From an uncultured Mucilaginibacter sp. (GTDB lineage Bacteria > Bacteroidota > Bacteroidia > Sphingobacteriales > Sphingobacteriaceae): 64,000 nucleotides of DNA. Shown here one piece after another: positions 49,467 to 59,865 of this stretch. The translations under genes were made by a program, and so were the position numbers. Numbering within the stretch: position 1 is the first letter of the stretch; each line of letters begins with the position of its first letter. The stretch is from the NCBI GenBank assembly GCA_964657275.1, contig CAZZUU010000001.1:55-64054 (forward strand), in the 5' to 3' direction. The notes beneath the pieces were generated by a model that saw only the letters and a list, made by a program, of their open reading frames with translations, was not told the origin of the DNA and searched no databases.

Positions 49467-50270
49467 TTATTTGAGGTATTTATTTAACGCCAAAGCCGGA
49501 TATGATTTTATTCCATCTATAACATATTTGGCATTGAGCTGCGCGCCGGCTTCAACTGTGTGTACGTTGTCTTTGGTTCCAAAATAGGTTTGTACCATTA
49601 CCTGACCTTCTTTATCATAATCGTCGCCAACGTTATTGTTCAGGTCAATAAAAAAGCTGCCGGTTTGTTTTGCCGTTTCGGCGGCCCACTGGCCATAATC
49701 GTTTACACTATTCCGTACCAATTTACCGTCCTGCCATTTGTTACGCGGGATCAGCGAACAAATAATCGCAGTAGCTCCCTTTGCTTTAATATCGCTGACA
49801 AATTTCCGCAGGTACCATCCGTAACTATATACAACTTCCTGTTTTTTTGTGATTGGGTTATATATCTCTTTTTGCTCATCACCAATCCCCTTGATGGTGC
49901 CACGGGCGCGGGCAGTATCATCAAGCGGACCAGCGTCATTATGACCAAACTGCATAATTACAAAATCGCCCGGTTTAAGTTTTGCCAGCACTTTATCCCA
50001 TAGCCCCTTTGTTTGAAAAGTGCGGCTGCTTGTTCCGCCCAAAGCGTCATTTTCAACGGCGATCCTCGTCGTGTCAAAATAACCGGCGATGTAATTACCC
50101 CATCCCCAAAGGCCGTCGGTTCCCGTACCCCTTCCGTTTTTTACAGTCGAATCGCCGATGAGATAAAACGTCGGTTTTTCCGCCGGTTTTATCATAATAA
50201 ATGATGAAAACAATGCGGCGGTAACAATTGCCATGCTTAGTAAACCTTTTTTAAGCGCAAATTTTTTCAT
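49467..50270 (-). CDS. CE12 rhamnogalacturonan acetylesterase (SGNH)
   Basis: IGDSTV, WGWG, GGTSSRTF, QFGHND, DNVH. Confidence 0.92.
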   Translation of the reverse strand: MKKFALKKGLLSMAIVTAALFSSFIMIKPAEKPTFYLIGDSTVKNGRGTGTDGLWGWGNYIAGYFDTTRIAVENDALGGTSSRTFQTKGLWDKVLAKLKPGDFVIMQFGHNDAGPLDDTARARGTIKGIGDEQKEIYNPITKKQEVVYSYGWYLRKFVSDIKAKGATAIICSLIPRNKWQDGKLVRNSVNDYGQWAAETAKQTGSFFIDLNNNVGDDYDKEGQVMVQTYFGTKDNVHTVEAGAQLNAKYVIDGIKSYPALALNKYLK

Positions 50271-50278
50271 AACAGGTT

Positions 50279-51043
50279 TTAGTTTTTAAGGTATTTATTG
50301 ATCGTATTTTTGGAATCGGCGCGAATACCATCCACAATGGATTGTGCGTTTACCGTTGCGCCCATTTTATTGGTATGCGTATGATCGCCGGGGAAGAATT
50401 TCTTTACAGAATCGGGCCCCATGCTATCATATTTATCGGCGGTGATCTGGTTCAAATTTATAAACCACGCGCCTTCCTGCTCCGCTACTTCCTGTGCCCA
50501 TTTGCCATAATCTTTATCGGCACGCATTACTTTTCCTTCGCGAAACTCGTTACGCGGGATCATCGATAACACGATAGGGGTAGCCCCTTTAGCTTTGGTG
50601 TCCCTGATAAACTTCCGGATATACCAGCCATAGGTATGTACAACTTCAACTTTCCCGTCGGGCCACGTCACCTCTTTTGTTTCTTCACCGATTCCTTTTA
50701 AAACCCCGCGATAACCCGCTTTGGTTGTATCAGGCGGGCTGCCTTCATTATGCCCGAACTGCATCATCACGTAATCGCCGGGCTTTAATAGCGAATCTAC
50801 TTTTTGCCAGCGCCCTTCCTTAATAAAGGTACGGGTACTGCGGCCGGCCATAGCGTGGTTTTGTACATCGATTTTATGGAGATCAAAAAAGTCAGGAAGT
50901 ACCGATCCCCAGCCCCATTGAACCTGATCGTTATTATGCACTGTGGAGTCGCCGATAAGATAAAGGGTCGGTTTTTGTTTGGTACTGAATGCCATTATTG
51001 CACATGCAGACAGTATTGCTAACAGGTATATTGATCTCTTCAT
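50279..51043 (-). CDS. CE12 rhamnogalacturonan acetylesterase (SGNH)
   Basis: IGDSTV, WGWG, AGRSTRTF, QFGHNE, DHTH. Confidence 0.92.
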   Translation of the reverse strand: MKRSIYLLAILSACAIMAFSTKQKPTLYLIGDSTVHNNDQVQWGWGSVLPDFFDLHKIDVQNHAMAGRSTRTFIKEGRWQKVDSLLKPGDYVMMQFGHNEGSPPDTTKAGYRGVLKGIGEETKEVTWPDGKVEVVHTYGWYIRKFIRDTKAKGATPIVLSMIPRNEFREGKVMRADKDYGKWAQEVAEQEGAWFINLNQITADKYDSMGPDSVKKFFPGDHTHTNKMGATVNAQSIVDGIRADSKNTINKYLKN

Positions 51044-51048
51044 CTAAA

Positions 51049-53385
51049 TTATTTGTTAACCACATTAATCGTAACCGCCCCGTCAGCCAAGCCCGTAGAA
51101 GCCGCTTTAACGATTATTTTTCCAGCTGATGACCCCTTTATTATCGCGATGCATTTACCCTGGTAACTATGCCTTACAGGAACAGTAAAGGATTCCTGAT
51201 TGGCGACCGAACCATTATCCGTTGCAGCTATCACACCCGGTCCGCTGATGCTGAATGTTACCAATTTATCAGCCAGCGGGCAGGGAACACCTTTGTCGTC
51301 AACGATCGTTGCGGTAACGTAAGCAACGTCCTCCCAAGTGTCAGTCAACGAAGGCCTGTCAACCGTTAGCTGTATTTTGGCCGGCTCGGCGGCTGTTTTT
51401 AGTTCCTCTGTTGCCACTTCTATGCCTTTATTTTTGCCTACCGCTTTGATAGTTCCTTTTTCATAGGTAACGTTCCAATCACGGGGCGAATCATCCATCG
51501 GCTTTGTTTTTGTACCTAATGATTTGCCGTTTAGAAACAGTTCCACGTCATCACAATTGCTATAAACTGATACACGGGCATCATCATAAGTATCAAAATC
51601 CGTGGGCGTCCAGTCGGCCACAACCGGGCCAACGCCGCCGTTTTCCTGTTTGCGCACAATGTGTACCACCGGCTTTTCGGACCACCAGCTTTCGCGTTGC
51701 AACCCAACAGGCCTGATACCGCCCGTCCGGTCAAATAACCCTTGCCCGTTTACTACATCCGGCCAATCGGCTTCGCCTAAATAGTCGATACCTACCCATA
51801 AAAACTGCCCTGCTATAAAAGGGTGATCGCGCAAAGCTAGCCAGGCACTTTGGCTGAGGCCGTTTTCGGTGCCGACAACCTTCCACGTAGGATTGGCCTG
51901 GTGTGCAGCTATCAATTCGTTTTCACGATAATTTTGGCCAACCACGTCCATCATTTTGGCAAACCCGTTTACATATACTTTGGAAATACCGGGACGGAAC
52001 AGTGCCATAGTAACGGGTCGTGTTCCGTCATATTGATGAACCAGGTTTTGCATATCCCGGTATTTTTTAAACCCCGTCGAATCATTCAAATTGTCATGAA
52101 TTTCGTTACCCACGCTGTATATCACTATTGACGGATGATTGCGGTCGCGCATAACCATATCACGGGTGTCTTTTTCCCACCATTCTTTAAAGAACAGCCC
52201 GTAACCATTCTCGGCATGTTGCTTTTTTGCTTCCCAGGTATCCAGGCTCTCATCCATCACCAAAAATCCCATCCTATCGCACAACTCCAAAAACTCCGTG
52301 GTAAAAGGGTGATGCGCCGTGCGGATGCCGTTTACACCAATGTCTTTCAATAATTCAAGCCGGCGTTGCCAAACTCTTTCGGGTACGGCAGCACCTACCG
52401 CACCGCCGTCCTGGTGCAGACAAACACCTTTTATCATTACCTTTTTGCCGTTAAGCAAGAAGCCGCTATCGGCATCAAATTTTATACCCCTTACGCCGAA
52501 GTTAGTAACCTCATCATCTACCACTTTGCCGTCGGCGATAACCTGTGTAACTGCTTTATACAAATAAGGATTATTAATATCCCATAGGCTGGGGTTATTG
52601 ATGATAAGGTCATTATCGATATCGAGCGATTTTCCGGTTGATATTTTAGAAGGTTGCCCTTGCGGCGATTGACTTATAAGATGACCGCTTGTATCAAAGA
52701 TCGCGGTTTGTAAACTAAACGTTTTTTCAGTTTTAGCATTGTTGATCAAGGTGTTTTTGATATGCACGGTAGCTTTTGAGGCACCGACTATTGGTGTGGT
52801 TATAAAAATACCCCACGGCGCAATATGGAGGTCGTTACTAACCACCAGCCGAACATGCCGGTAAATGCCGGCCCCTGTGTAAAACCGCGAAGCAGGTTGT
52901 ATAGTGTTATCTGCCCGCACCGATATTGTATTCGTTTTGCCTTTTCCAAAGTTTAAATAGCCTGTTAGGTCGTAATTCAGGGCGCTGTACCCATAAGGGC
53001 GGTAACCCAAATGATGCCCATTTATCCAAACATCGCTATTGGCCATTATACCGTCGAATTCAACAGCGATGTTTTTACCCGCATCGCTGCTTTCCAGTTC
53101 AAAATGTTTGCGGTACCATCCTATACCCGATGGCAGATAGCCGCCACCGCGCCCGGCTGGGTTATTTTGACTAAAGTTTCCTAAAATACTCCAGTCATGC
53201 GGGAGGTTAACTTTCTGCCATTTCGTATCATTATATGTTTTCTGATCGGCCCCCGGTGCATCGCCCTGCAAAAAAGACCAGTTTTTATCAAAAGAAACGC
53301 TCTTTCTGGCCATTTGGCCGGATTGCGCCCGTGCTGTTAACACAGCAAAAATCAATAACACTAAAAAATTATATTTTTTCGTCAT
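51049..53385 (-). CDS. GH2 beta-galactosidase family glycoside hydrolase
   Basis: LPHDWS, GWYRKHF, GAGIYRHV, GVCLHQD, RTAHHP, YSVGNE, TE nucleophile. Confidence 0.94.
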   Translation of the reverse strand: MTKKYNFLVLLIFAVLTARAQSGQMARKSVSFDKNWSFLQGDAPGADQKTYNDTKWQKVNLPHDWSILGNFSQNNPAGRGGGYLPSGIGWYRKHFELESSDAGKNIAVEFDGIMANSDVWINGHHLGYRPYGYSALNYDLTGYLNFGKGKTNTISVRADNTIQPASRFYTGAGIYRHVRLVVSNDLHIAPWGIFITTPIVGASKATVHIKNTLINNAKTEKTFSLQTAIFDTSGHLISQSPQGQPSKISTGKSLDIDNDLIINNPSLWDINNPYLYKAVTQVIADGKVVDDEVTNFGVRGIKFDADSGFLLNGKKVMIKGVCLHQDGGAVGAAVPERVWQRRLELLKDIGVNGIRTAHHPFTTEFLELCDRMGFLVMDESLDTWEAKKQHAENGYGLFFKEWWEKDTRDMVMRDRNHPSIVIYSVGNEIHDNLNDSTGFKKYRDMQNLVHQYDGTRPVTMALFRPGISKVYVNGFAKMMDVVGQNYRENELIAAHQANPTWKVVGTENGLSQSAWLALRDHPFIAGQFLWVGIDYLGEADWPDVVNGQGLFDRTGGIRPVGLQRESWWSEKPVVHIVRKQENGGVGPVVADWTPTDFDTYDDARVSVYSNCDDVELFLNGKSLGTKTKPMDDSPRDWNVTYEKGTIKAVGKNKGIEVATEELKTAAEPAKIQLTVDRPSLTDTWEDVAYVTATIVDDKGVPCPLADKLVTFSISGPGVIAATDNGSVANQESFTVPVRHSYQGKCIAIIKGSSAGKIIVKAASTGLADGAVTINVVNK

Positions 53386-53399
53386 CCTGTTAAATCATA

Positions 53400-54803
53400 T
53401 TACTTGCCGGCGGCATCGTTAATATTAAGTTTCGTATTATCTTTTGTGGTTACCTGCGAATTATTCCATTGCCAATCCTTTCCGAATTGTATTTCGCCCG
53501 CTGTTGCAGCGTCAATACTAACATCATCGAAATGAAAGTTCAATAACTCCGATTCTTTCAACCCGATTGCATTTACAGCCTTTTTTGCGTTGTTAACTTT
53601 TACATTGGATACATATATATCTTTGAAATGAGGTATACCCTTTTCAGGAGGGCTTACTTTTTGCAGTAGCTTTTTCCAATGCGGGGGGATACTGTCTACA
53701 TTATAGCCATCAGGTAATTTAGAATAGCTGTAATTGGGGTTCCAGTTCATGGTGATCTGAAATGCAGTTCCCACGCCGTTCATTACAATATCGGTAAAAT
53801 GAATATCTTCCACTGTTCCGCCGCGTGTGGTTGCCGATTTTATGTTCAGCCCGTTACTTGTTCCGTTCCCGGTTAACCCCGAGGCCCAAACATGTCTTAT
53901 CCCTCCGGATGTTTCGCTGCCCATTGTAAGTAAGCCGGCACCGGCCCTTGATACGCAATTCCGTATAACAATGTATTCAGTTGGCTTATTCACCCGAAGG
54001 CCATCCCAGTCGCGCCCGGCTTTCAAACAAAAGTCATCATCATTACAATCAATATCACAATTTTGAACCAGTACCCAGCTTGAGGAATCAATGTCAACCC
54101 CATCCGTACTCGGCCCATGCCCGTTAATATTATTGCGAATGATAATTCCGTCTACTGTAACCTGTTTGGAGTAAAGCACCTGCACCGTCCAAAATCCGGC
54201 CTGTTGTAAAGTGACGTTTTTAATGGTGACGTTTTCGGAATTGGATATGAGTAAGGTACGTGGTCTCTTTGCATCATAATCTACAACCCACCTTAATCCT
54301 TTGGGATCGTAAATCTTACGTAAGTTCCAGTACAGGTCCCAAAAAGGCTTTCCCCGGGCATTAATTATACCTTCACCGCTTATAGCAGCATCCGACTGAC
54401 CTATGATATTTATTAACGCCGCAGGCCATTTCATTTCAATACCTGCGATACGTGTGTCTATCTCCGGATAATCTTTTATATCCTGGCTGCCCAGCAGTTC
54501 GACATCCATCCCGATATTCAAACAAACACCTTTTTTGATAAACAATGAGCCTGTTAAATATTTGCCAGGCTTAAAGGAAACAACGCCGCCGCCTTGATTG
54601 GCACACCGGTCGATAGTTTTTTGTATCGCCAACGTATTTAATGTTGTACTATCGGCCAGCGCTCCATCATCATTAGTATAGTAAGTTTTTTTTGTTGAAG
54701 GATAGGTTTTGGCGCCCGCTCCGTTAATCCATGAAGGCTTATCCTGCGCGTTTATAACAGCAATACCAAAAAATAGCAACGCAAAACAAAATATAATTTT
54801 CAT
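53400..54803 (-). CDS. GH28 exo-polygalacturonase/rhamnogalacturonan hydrolase
   Basis: STDGVDIDS, CNDDDFCLKAGRD, MGSETSGG; start placed at the MKIIFC signal peptide (ORF track starts at 54881). Confidence 0.92.
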   Translation of the reverse strand: MKIIFCFALLFFGIAVINAQDKPSWINGAGAKTYPSTKKTYYTNDDGALADSTTLNTLAIQKTIDRCANQGGGVVSFKPGKYLTGSLFIKKGVCLNIGMDVELLGSQDIKDYPEIDTRIAGIEMKWPAALINIIGQSDAAISGEGIINARGKPFWDLYWNLRKIYDPKGLRWVVDYDAKRPRTLLISNSENVTIKNVTLQQAGFWTVQVLYSKQVTVDGIIIRNNINGHGPSTDGVDIDSSSWVLVQNCDIDCNDDDFCLKAGRDWDGLRVNKPTEYIVIRNCVSRAGAGLLTMGSETSGGIRHVWASGLTGNGTSNGLNIKSATTRGGTVEDIHFTDIVMNGVGTAFQITMNWNPNYSYSKLPDGYNVDSIPPHWKKLLQKVSPPEKGIPHFKDIYVSNVKVNNAKKAVNAIGLKESELLNFHFDDVSIDAATAGEIQFGKDWQWNNSQVTTKDNTKLNINDAAGK

Positions 54804-54910
54804 AGATACATCCATTCCGTTTAAACCCGGAATATATATTATTGGTTTGGCGGCATTTGCAAATGCCCCCATAATTGGCATACTAACATAAAAGTTAATT
54901 TTTCAATTAG

Positions 54911-54927
54911 CATCCTGTGGCATCCTG
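54911..54927 (-). promoter_or_regulatory. Candidate GntR operator site 4 (internal promoter of the GH28-GH2-CE12 operon)
   Basis: catcctgtggcatcctg; same spacing to AAATTAACTTTTATGTT as at the susC promoter. Confidence 0.65.
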
Positions 54928-54930
54928 ATA

Positions 54931-54959
54931 AAATAAAAAAGCGGCCCTTGAGCCGCTTT
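54931..54959 (-). terminator. Rho-independent terminator after susD
   Basis: Minus strand aaagcggc-tcaagg-gccgcttt followed by tttattt. Confidence 0.7.
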
Positions 54960-54993
54960 CTTGTCCAACCTGATGTAAAAAAAATGAAAGATT

Positions 54994-56526
54994 TTAATAC
55001 CCGGGATTTTGTGTGTACAGGCCCGGAGCTGCGTTTAATTGTGATTGAGGTACAGGATAAATAACATAATTTGCAACTACAGGTTGTATCCTGTGTTGAG
55101 TATCTTCAACAGCTATCCATGCGTTCATAATAGTTAACAACTGACCGCTGCGTTGTAAGTCAAACCAGCGCGAGCCTTCGTCCGCAAACTCTTTGCGGCG
55201 TTCGTCAAACAGTTGCGGAAGTGTTACGCCTACAAGGGGCGCCAAGCCGGCTCTTGTGCGTACCTGGTTTACAATGCCGTCTACCGTTGCCTGGCTACCG
55301 GGAGCACCATTTAAAATACATTCAGCTTCTCTCATTAACACGTCGGTATAACGAATAGCAATGAAGTTTATGCCCCAGTCAAAACGGCTGGCCGATGGGA
55401 TTTTAGTAAAGTCAAGCCATTTTCTGAAGAAAGGCCGCGTTTCCGTGCTTCCTGCATTTGTATAACCCGCTGTGAAGAGCGTTTGCGCTTTACGCACATC
55501 GCCGACTGCATAATCGTTTAACAGGTCTTGAGATACCGGGATAATTTCCAAACTTCCGTTCGAGTGTGTATCCTTGATGGCCGGAGATGTAAAATACTGA
55601 GCAGGTGTAAGCTGCCATGGGAAATCTGCTCCGTAGGTAGAAGCAGTACCACTTATGCCGCTTACGTACATTACATCAAATATAGCCTCGCCGTTTGTGC
55701 CTGGTGAAGGGCTTTGATTAGTGTATGAAAATATGCTGGCATAATTTGGATTAAATGTAAAGCCGCCATTGGTTACAATATCCTGTAATAACGGTAGCGC
55801 AAGCCCCCATTCATTTGATGCTAAGCCCGGCCCCTGTATGCCATAAGTTGGGCCTGAACGGGCCATGTAAACCTGTGCCAGGGTTGCTTCCGCAGCATAT
55901 TTAGTGGCACGGCCTAAATCAACACCGGTAAAAGACCCGGGTAAGTTTGCCATTGCATATTGAAGATCGGCAATAATAAATTGATATACTGCATTTACCG
56001 GGCTGCGGCCGATTTTAAAGGCTTCGGCGGCTGTAAGCGGATGATCTATAATAGGTAACTGGCCGTAGTACTTAATGAGATCAAAATAAAAGAACGCACG
56101 CAAAAATCTCGACTCAGCATTCAATCGTGTAGCCAGGCTGGCTGAACCGACATTGGCGCCATTTTTTGCAATTTGGTCAATAACTGTATTTGCTTTAAAT
56201 ATGCCGTTAAAATCATTTAGCCATGCTGCTTCAACATAACTGTTGGGTGCCAGATTCGACGAAAAATCGTTAACCGGATCCCAGTCACGTACGGTTACAG
56301 AAACCCCGTATATATTATCTGAACGGTTTTCTGAGAGAAAAGGCAATACATCCGGATAGGGGCGCAAAGCCGAGTAAGTTGCGTTAACACCCTGCACAAA
56401 ATCGCCCGGGGCCTTATAAAACGTTAACGTAGTTCCCGAAGAAATGGGTATCTGGTTTAGATCCTTGTTGCACGAAGAAGCAAGGACAATAAGTGTTGTT
56501 GTAAGTATAAAAAATATCTTTTTCAT
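54994..56526 (-). CDS. susD: RagB/SusD family outer-membrane glycan-binding lipoprotein
   Basis: Lipobox ASSC, AESRFLRAFFYFDL, GRATKYAA, IRYTDVL, ERRKEFADEGSRWFDLQR, C-terminal QNPGY. Confidence 0.95.
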   Translation of the reverse strand: MKKIFFILTTTLIVLASSCNKDLNQIPISSGTTLTFYKAPGDFVQGVNATYSALRPYPDVLPFLSENRSDNIYGVSVTVRDWDPVNDFSSNLAPNSYVEAAWLNDFNGIFKANTVIDQIAKNGANVGSASLATRLNAESRFLRAFFYFDLIKYYGQLPIIDHPLTAAEAFKIGRSPVNAVYQFIIADLQYAMANLPGSFTGVDLGRATKYAAEATLAQVYMARSGPTYGIQGPGLASNEWGLALPLLQDIVTNGGFTFNPNYASIFSYTNQSPSPGTNGEAIFDVMYVSGISGTASTYGADFPWQLTPAQYFTSPAIKDTHSNGSLEIIPVSQDLLNDYAVGDVRKAQTLFTAGYTNAGSTETRPFFRKWLDFTKIPSASRFDWGINFIAIRYTDVLMREAECILNGAPGSQATVDGIVNQVRTRAGLAPLVGVTLPQLFDERRKEFADEGSRWFDLQRSGQLLTIMNAWIAVEDTQHRIQPVVANYVIYPVPQSQLNAAPGLYTQNPGY

Positions 56527-56547
56527 TTTTTCTCTAATTTATAATCA

Positions 56548-59500
56548 TCAAAATGTAAAGTTCAATCCAAATATTAATGACTTGGCTAAAGGTAAGCCGC
56601 CATAGTCTCCGGCTTCAGGATATGCGCTGTTTGAACTGATTGAAGTATTGGCTGCTTCGGGATTTAAACCCCCGTAATATTTATCATGTCCAAAAAAGTT
56701 TTCAGCGGTAACATAGATCCTTGCCCCCTGAACCAAGGGTGATTTAATTATGTTTTTAAGATTATAGCCCAAAGTAATATCCCTTACACGTATATAGTCT
56801 GATGAGTATATCCAGTTAGAGGTACCCACAAATCCGAATGTTGAATAAGCCTTGCTAATTTGCCCGGCACCAGGGTTTGTTGGTGATATCCAACGCTGGG
56901 TATAAAACTCAGGCGCATTGTCTGAAAACCCTTGCCCTGTGCGGTTAAGCGCGCGACCCAACTGCGAATAAATAGAGCCTCCGTTTTGCCCCTGTACCAA
57001 TACAGACAGATCAAATCCCTTGTAATGGAAGGTATTTGTAACCCCCCATATAATAGTAGGATTTGGGTGCCCCAAAATTTGTTTATCAGCCTCTGTTATC
57101 ACACCATCCCCGTTTACATCCTGGTATTTAGGATCTCCAACCGTTTCGCCGGTTCCTGAAAGTGCCACGTGATTAGTGATATCAGCCTGGGTTAAAATTC
57201 CTATTTGTTTAATAGCGTATAAGCTGTACATCGGCTGGCCAACCTGCAAAATCTCGTCGGAGGTTTCAAATCCGTTTGGTATAATGATCTGTTTTTGATT
57301 TCCGTATAATGAAATTACCTTGTTACCATTATGGCTTATGTTTACTGAAGTACTCCACTGAAACTCGCCCACAAGGTTACGGCTGGTTAATTCCAGTTCT
57401 TCACCCACGTTACGTACTGATCCGGCGTTTTCCAAAGCGCTGGCAAGGCCCGAAGATTCAGGAATAGGCACATTCAAAAGCAACTGGGTAGTTAACTTAT
57501 TGTAATAATCGAATGAACCGGTTAAACGGTTGTTGAAGAAACCGAAATCAAGACCTGCGTCATAGGTTTGTGACCTCTCCCATTTTAAGTTGGGGTTAGG
57601 AACCTGGTTAGGTGCCTGGCCAATTACAGCAACCTGTGTTGCCCCCAGTACATATCCGTAAGAACCCAAAGTTGGCGTTTGTGAATAGTTACCAATATTA
57701 TTGTTACCGTTTACACCATAGCTTGCCCGAATTTTCAGGTCACTCAGTGAGGGCAAATGCTTCATGAAATCTTCCTGTATAATTCTCCATCCCAAAGATG
57801 CCGAGGGGAATACCCCATATTGGTTATTTGCACCAAACCTTGATGAACCGTCAGAACGTAAGCTTGCCGATAAAAGGTATTTGTCTTTGTACGAATATTG
57901 AGCACGACTAAAATACGAAACCAGCACATTTTTTTGCGATCCGTTAGTGCCTGTAAATCCGATAGCTGCTGCCGCATTTATAGTTTGAATGGTACTGCTG
58001 GTAAATCCGCCTACCGAGGTGATACCAACTTGGTCTAAACGGTCGACGTTGTAGGACTGGCCCACCAAAAAGTTCAGATTATGAACGGAGTTAATAACCG
58101 TATTATAGGTAAGCGTATTTTCGTTTACAAATGTTTGCCGGCGGTAACTACTATAAGTACCCGAAGTGGCCGAGTTAAGATTTGTATTGGTTAATGAGTT
58201 AAAGGTACGTGTGGCCTGGCTACCTGTGGTTATATAGGGTACATAAGTGTACGCATCGTTATCGGTATTATCAAGATTTAATGAGCTCCGTAAAACCAAT
58301 CCTTTAATAATTTGCAATTCGCCGTACACTGAGGCTATAGTACGATACCTTTTTGTTGTACCAATATTATTCTGTAGCTTACCTAAAGCGGCATTGTTGC
58401 TATTGCTCCAGGGATACTGCGCATTTTTACCGATGTTGGGATAAAATCCCACGCTATCTTCCTGTACTGGTGTAGTACTCAAAGCCTGGTGAAAAATCTG
58501 ATCTTTTCCTTCAACTCCCGGATCCTGCGTGATGGAATAGGTTGGTGCAAGGTTTAATCCAAATTTTAAACTTTTAGAAGCGGTTATGTCCACGTTTGCC
58601 CTGGCTGAGTAGGCCTTGTATCCAGTACCTATTACAAAACCGTCCTGGTCAGCATAGTTTCCCGAAATGAAATATTTTACTGCATCTGTACCGCCGCTTG
58701 CAGAAACTTCCTGGTTGGTCATCAGGCCTTTCCTTTCAATAACATCCTGCCAGTTTTCAAACTCAAGGCCGGGATGCCCGGGCATAGCCCATCGCGGGTC
58801 AACCATGTAGGCCGTGTTAATTTGCGTACCGGTTAGCCCAATTATAGATTGACGGGTAGCCGCGTTATCATTTGCTGTAGCACCTGCTGCGCCGTATTTA
58901 AGTACATAAGCGGCGTTTATCATTTCTGTAGCACGGTCAATCCATTGCTGGCCATTTAGCATCTGCAACTGTTTGCTTGCCTGGTTGTACCCGGTATAGG
59001 TATTAAAACTAATCTTGGGTTTTCCGGTTTGGCCGCGCTTTGTGGTGATTAACACAACGCCGTTTGAAGCTCTTGAACCATATATTGCTGCTGCTGCAGC
59101 ATCTTTCAAAACTTCTATGTTTTCAATATCATTCGGATTGATGTTATCCAGGGGGTTACCCGTGCTGTACGATCCGTTACCGGTATTGCTGGAGTTTACC
59201 GTTAGCGGGAAGCCATCAATAACATACAAAGGCTCGTTACCTGCTCCGATAGAACCTGTACCGCGTACTTGGATGCTGAATGCTTTACCGGGCAAGCCGG
59301 TAGTTTGCTTTACAGTAACACCTGCCAACTGGCCAACCAGCGCCTGGTCAACCCTGGTTATGGCGCGCTCATCGAGGTTTTCGTTTTTAAATGATGCCAC
59401 TGCACCTGTTACGTCGCCTCTTTTTTGCGTGCCGTACCCAATTACTACAACCTCATTCAGCTGGCTATTTGATTCTGTTAGGGTTACATTGATAACCCTG

Positions 59501-59784
59501 TCGGCGCCGATAACAACCTCCTTGGTATCGTAGTTCAGGGATTTAAAAACCAAGGTTTGTCCCTGCGAAGCGCTGATAGAATACTTGCCATCAACGTTGG
59601 CAATCGTGCCGGCCTTGGTACCTTTTATTTGTACAGAGGCCGCCGGTACAGGACTGTTCTTGCTGTCGCTAACGGTTCCTGTAATGGTTACCTGCTGTGC
59701 CATAACACTTAATACAATTACTGTATTAAATAGCAGCAACAGGCATAATTTCTTAATAAAATAAGAAAATAGAAGTTTTTTCAT
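56548..59784 (-). CDS. susC: SusC/RagA family TonB-dependent outer-membrane transporter
   Basis: EVVVIGYG, PLYVIDG, DIENIEVLKDAAAAAIYGSRASNGVVLITTK, DGSSRFG, C-terminal F; start placed at MKKLLF. Confidence 0.96.
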   Translation of the reverse strand: MKKLLFSYFIKKLCLLLLFNTVIVLSVMAQQVTITGTVSDSKNSPVPAASVQIKGTKAGTIANVDGKYSISASQGQTLVFKSLNYDTKEVVIGADRVINVTLTESNSQLNEVVVIGYGTQKRGDVTGAVASFKNENLDERAITRVDQALVGQLAGVTVKQTTGLPGKAFSIQVRGTGSIGAGNEPLYVIDGFPLTVNSSNTGNGSYSTGNPLDNINPNDIENIEVLKDAAAAAIYGSRASNGVVLITTKRGQTGKPKISFNTYTGYNQASKQLQMLNGQQWIDRATEMINAAYVLKYGAAGATANDNAATRQSIIGLTGTQINTAYMVDPRWAMPGHPGLEFENWQDVIERKGLMTNQEVSASGGTDAVKYFISGNYADQDGFVIGTGYKAYSARANVDITASKSLKFGLNLAPTYSITQDPGVEGKDQIFHQALSTTPVQEDSVGFYPNIGKNAQYPWSNSNNAALGKLQNNIGTTKRYRTIASVYGELQIIKGLVLRSSLNLDNTDNDAYTYVPYITTGSQATRTFNSLTNTNLNSATSGTYSSYRRQTFVNENTLTYNTVINSVHNLNFLVGQSYNVDRLDQVGITSVGGFTSSTIQTINAAAAIGFTGTNGSQKNVLVSYFSRAQYSYKDKYLLSASLRSDGSSRFGANNQYGVFPSASLGWRIIQEDFMKHLPSLSDLKIRASYGVNGNNNIGNYSQTPTLGSYGYVLGATQVAVIGQAPNQVPNPNLKWERSQTYDAGLDFGFFNNRLTGSFDYYNKLTTQLLLNVPIPESSGLASALENAGSVRNVGEELELTSRNLVGEFQWSTSVNISHNGNKVISLYGNQKQIIIPNGFETSDEILQVGQPMYSLYAIKQIGILTQADITNHVALSGTGETVGDPKYQDVNGDGVITEADKQILGHPNPTIIWGVTNTFHYKGFDLSVLVQGQNGGSIYSQLGRALNRTGQGFSDNAPEFYTQRWISPTNPGAGQISKAYSTFGFVGTSNWIYSSDYIRVRDITLGYNLKNIIKSPLVQGARIYVTAENFFGHDKYYGGLNPEAANTSISSNSAYPEAGDYGGLPLAKSLIFGLNFTF

Positions 59785-59865
59785 ACTAATTAAATTTAGG
59801 TTGTGACAGTTAGAAGCGTCACGTTTACAATTGTTTGAACGAACATAAAAGTTAATTTTAAAAAC

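Noticed and set aside
53383-53399. catcctgttaaatcata, a partial match to the GntR-type motif at the GH2 start codon
   Set aside because: Only one good half-site, partly forced by the ATG, inside a 14-nt operon gap with no promoter box
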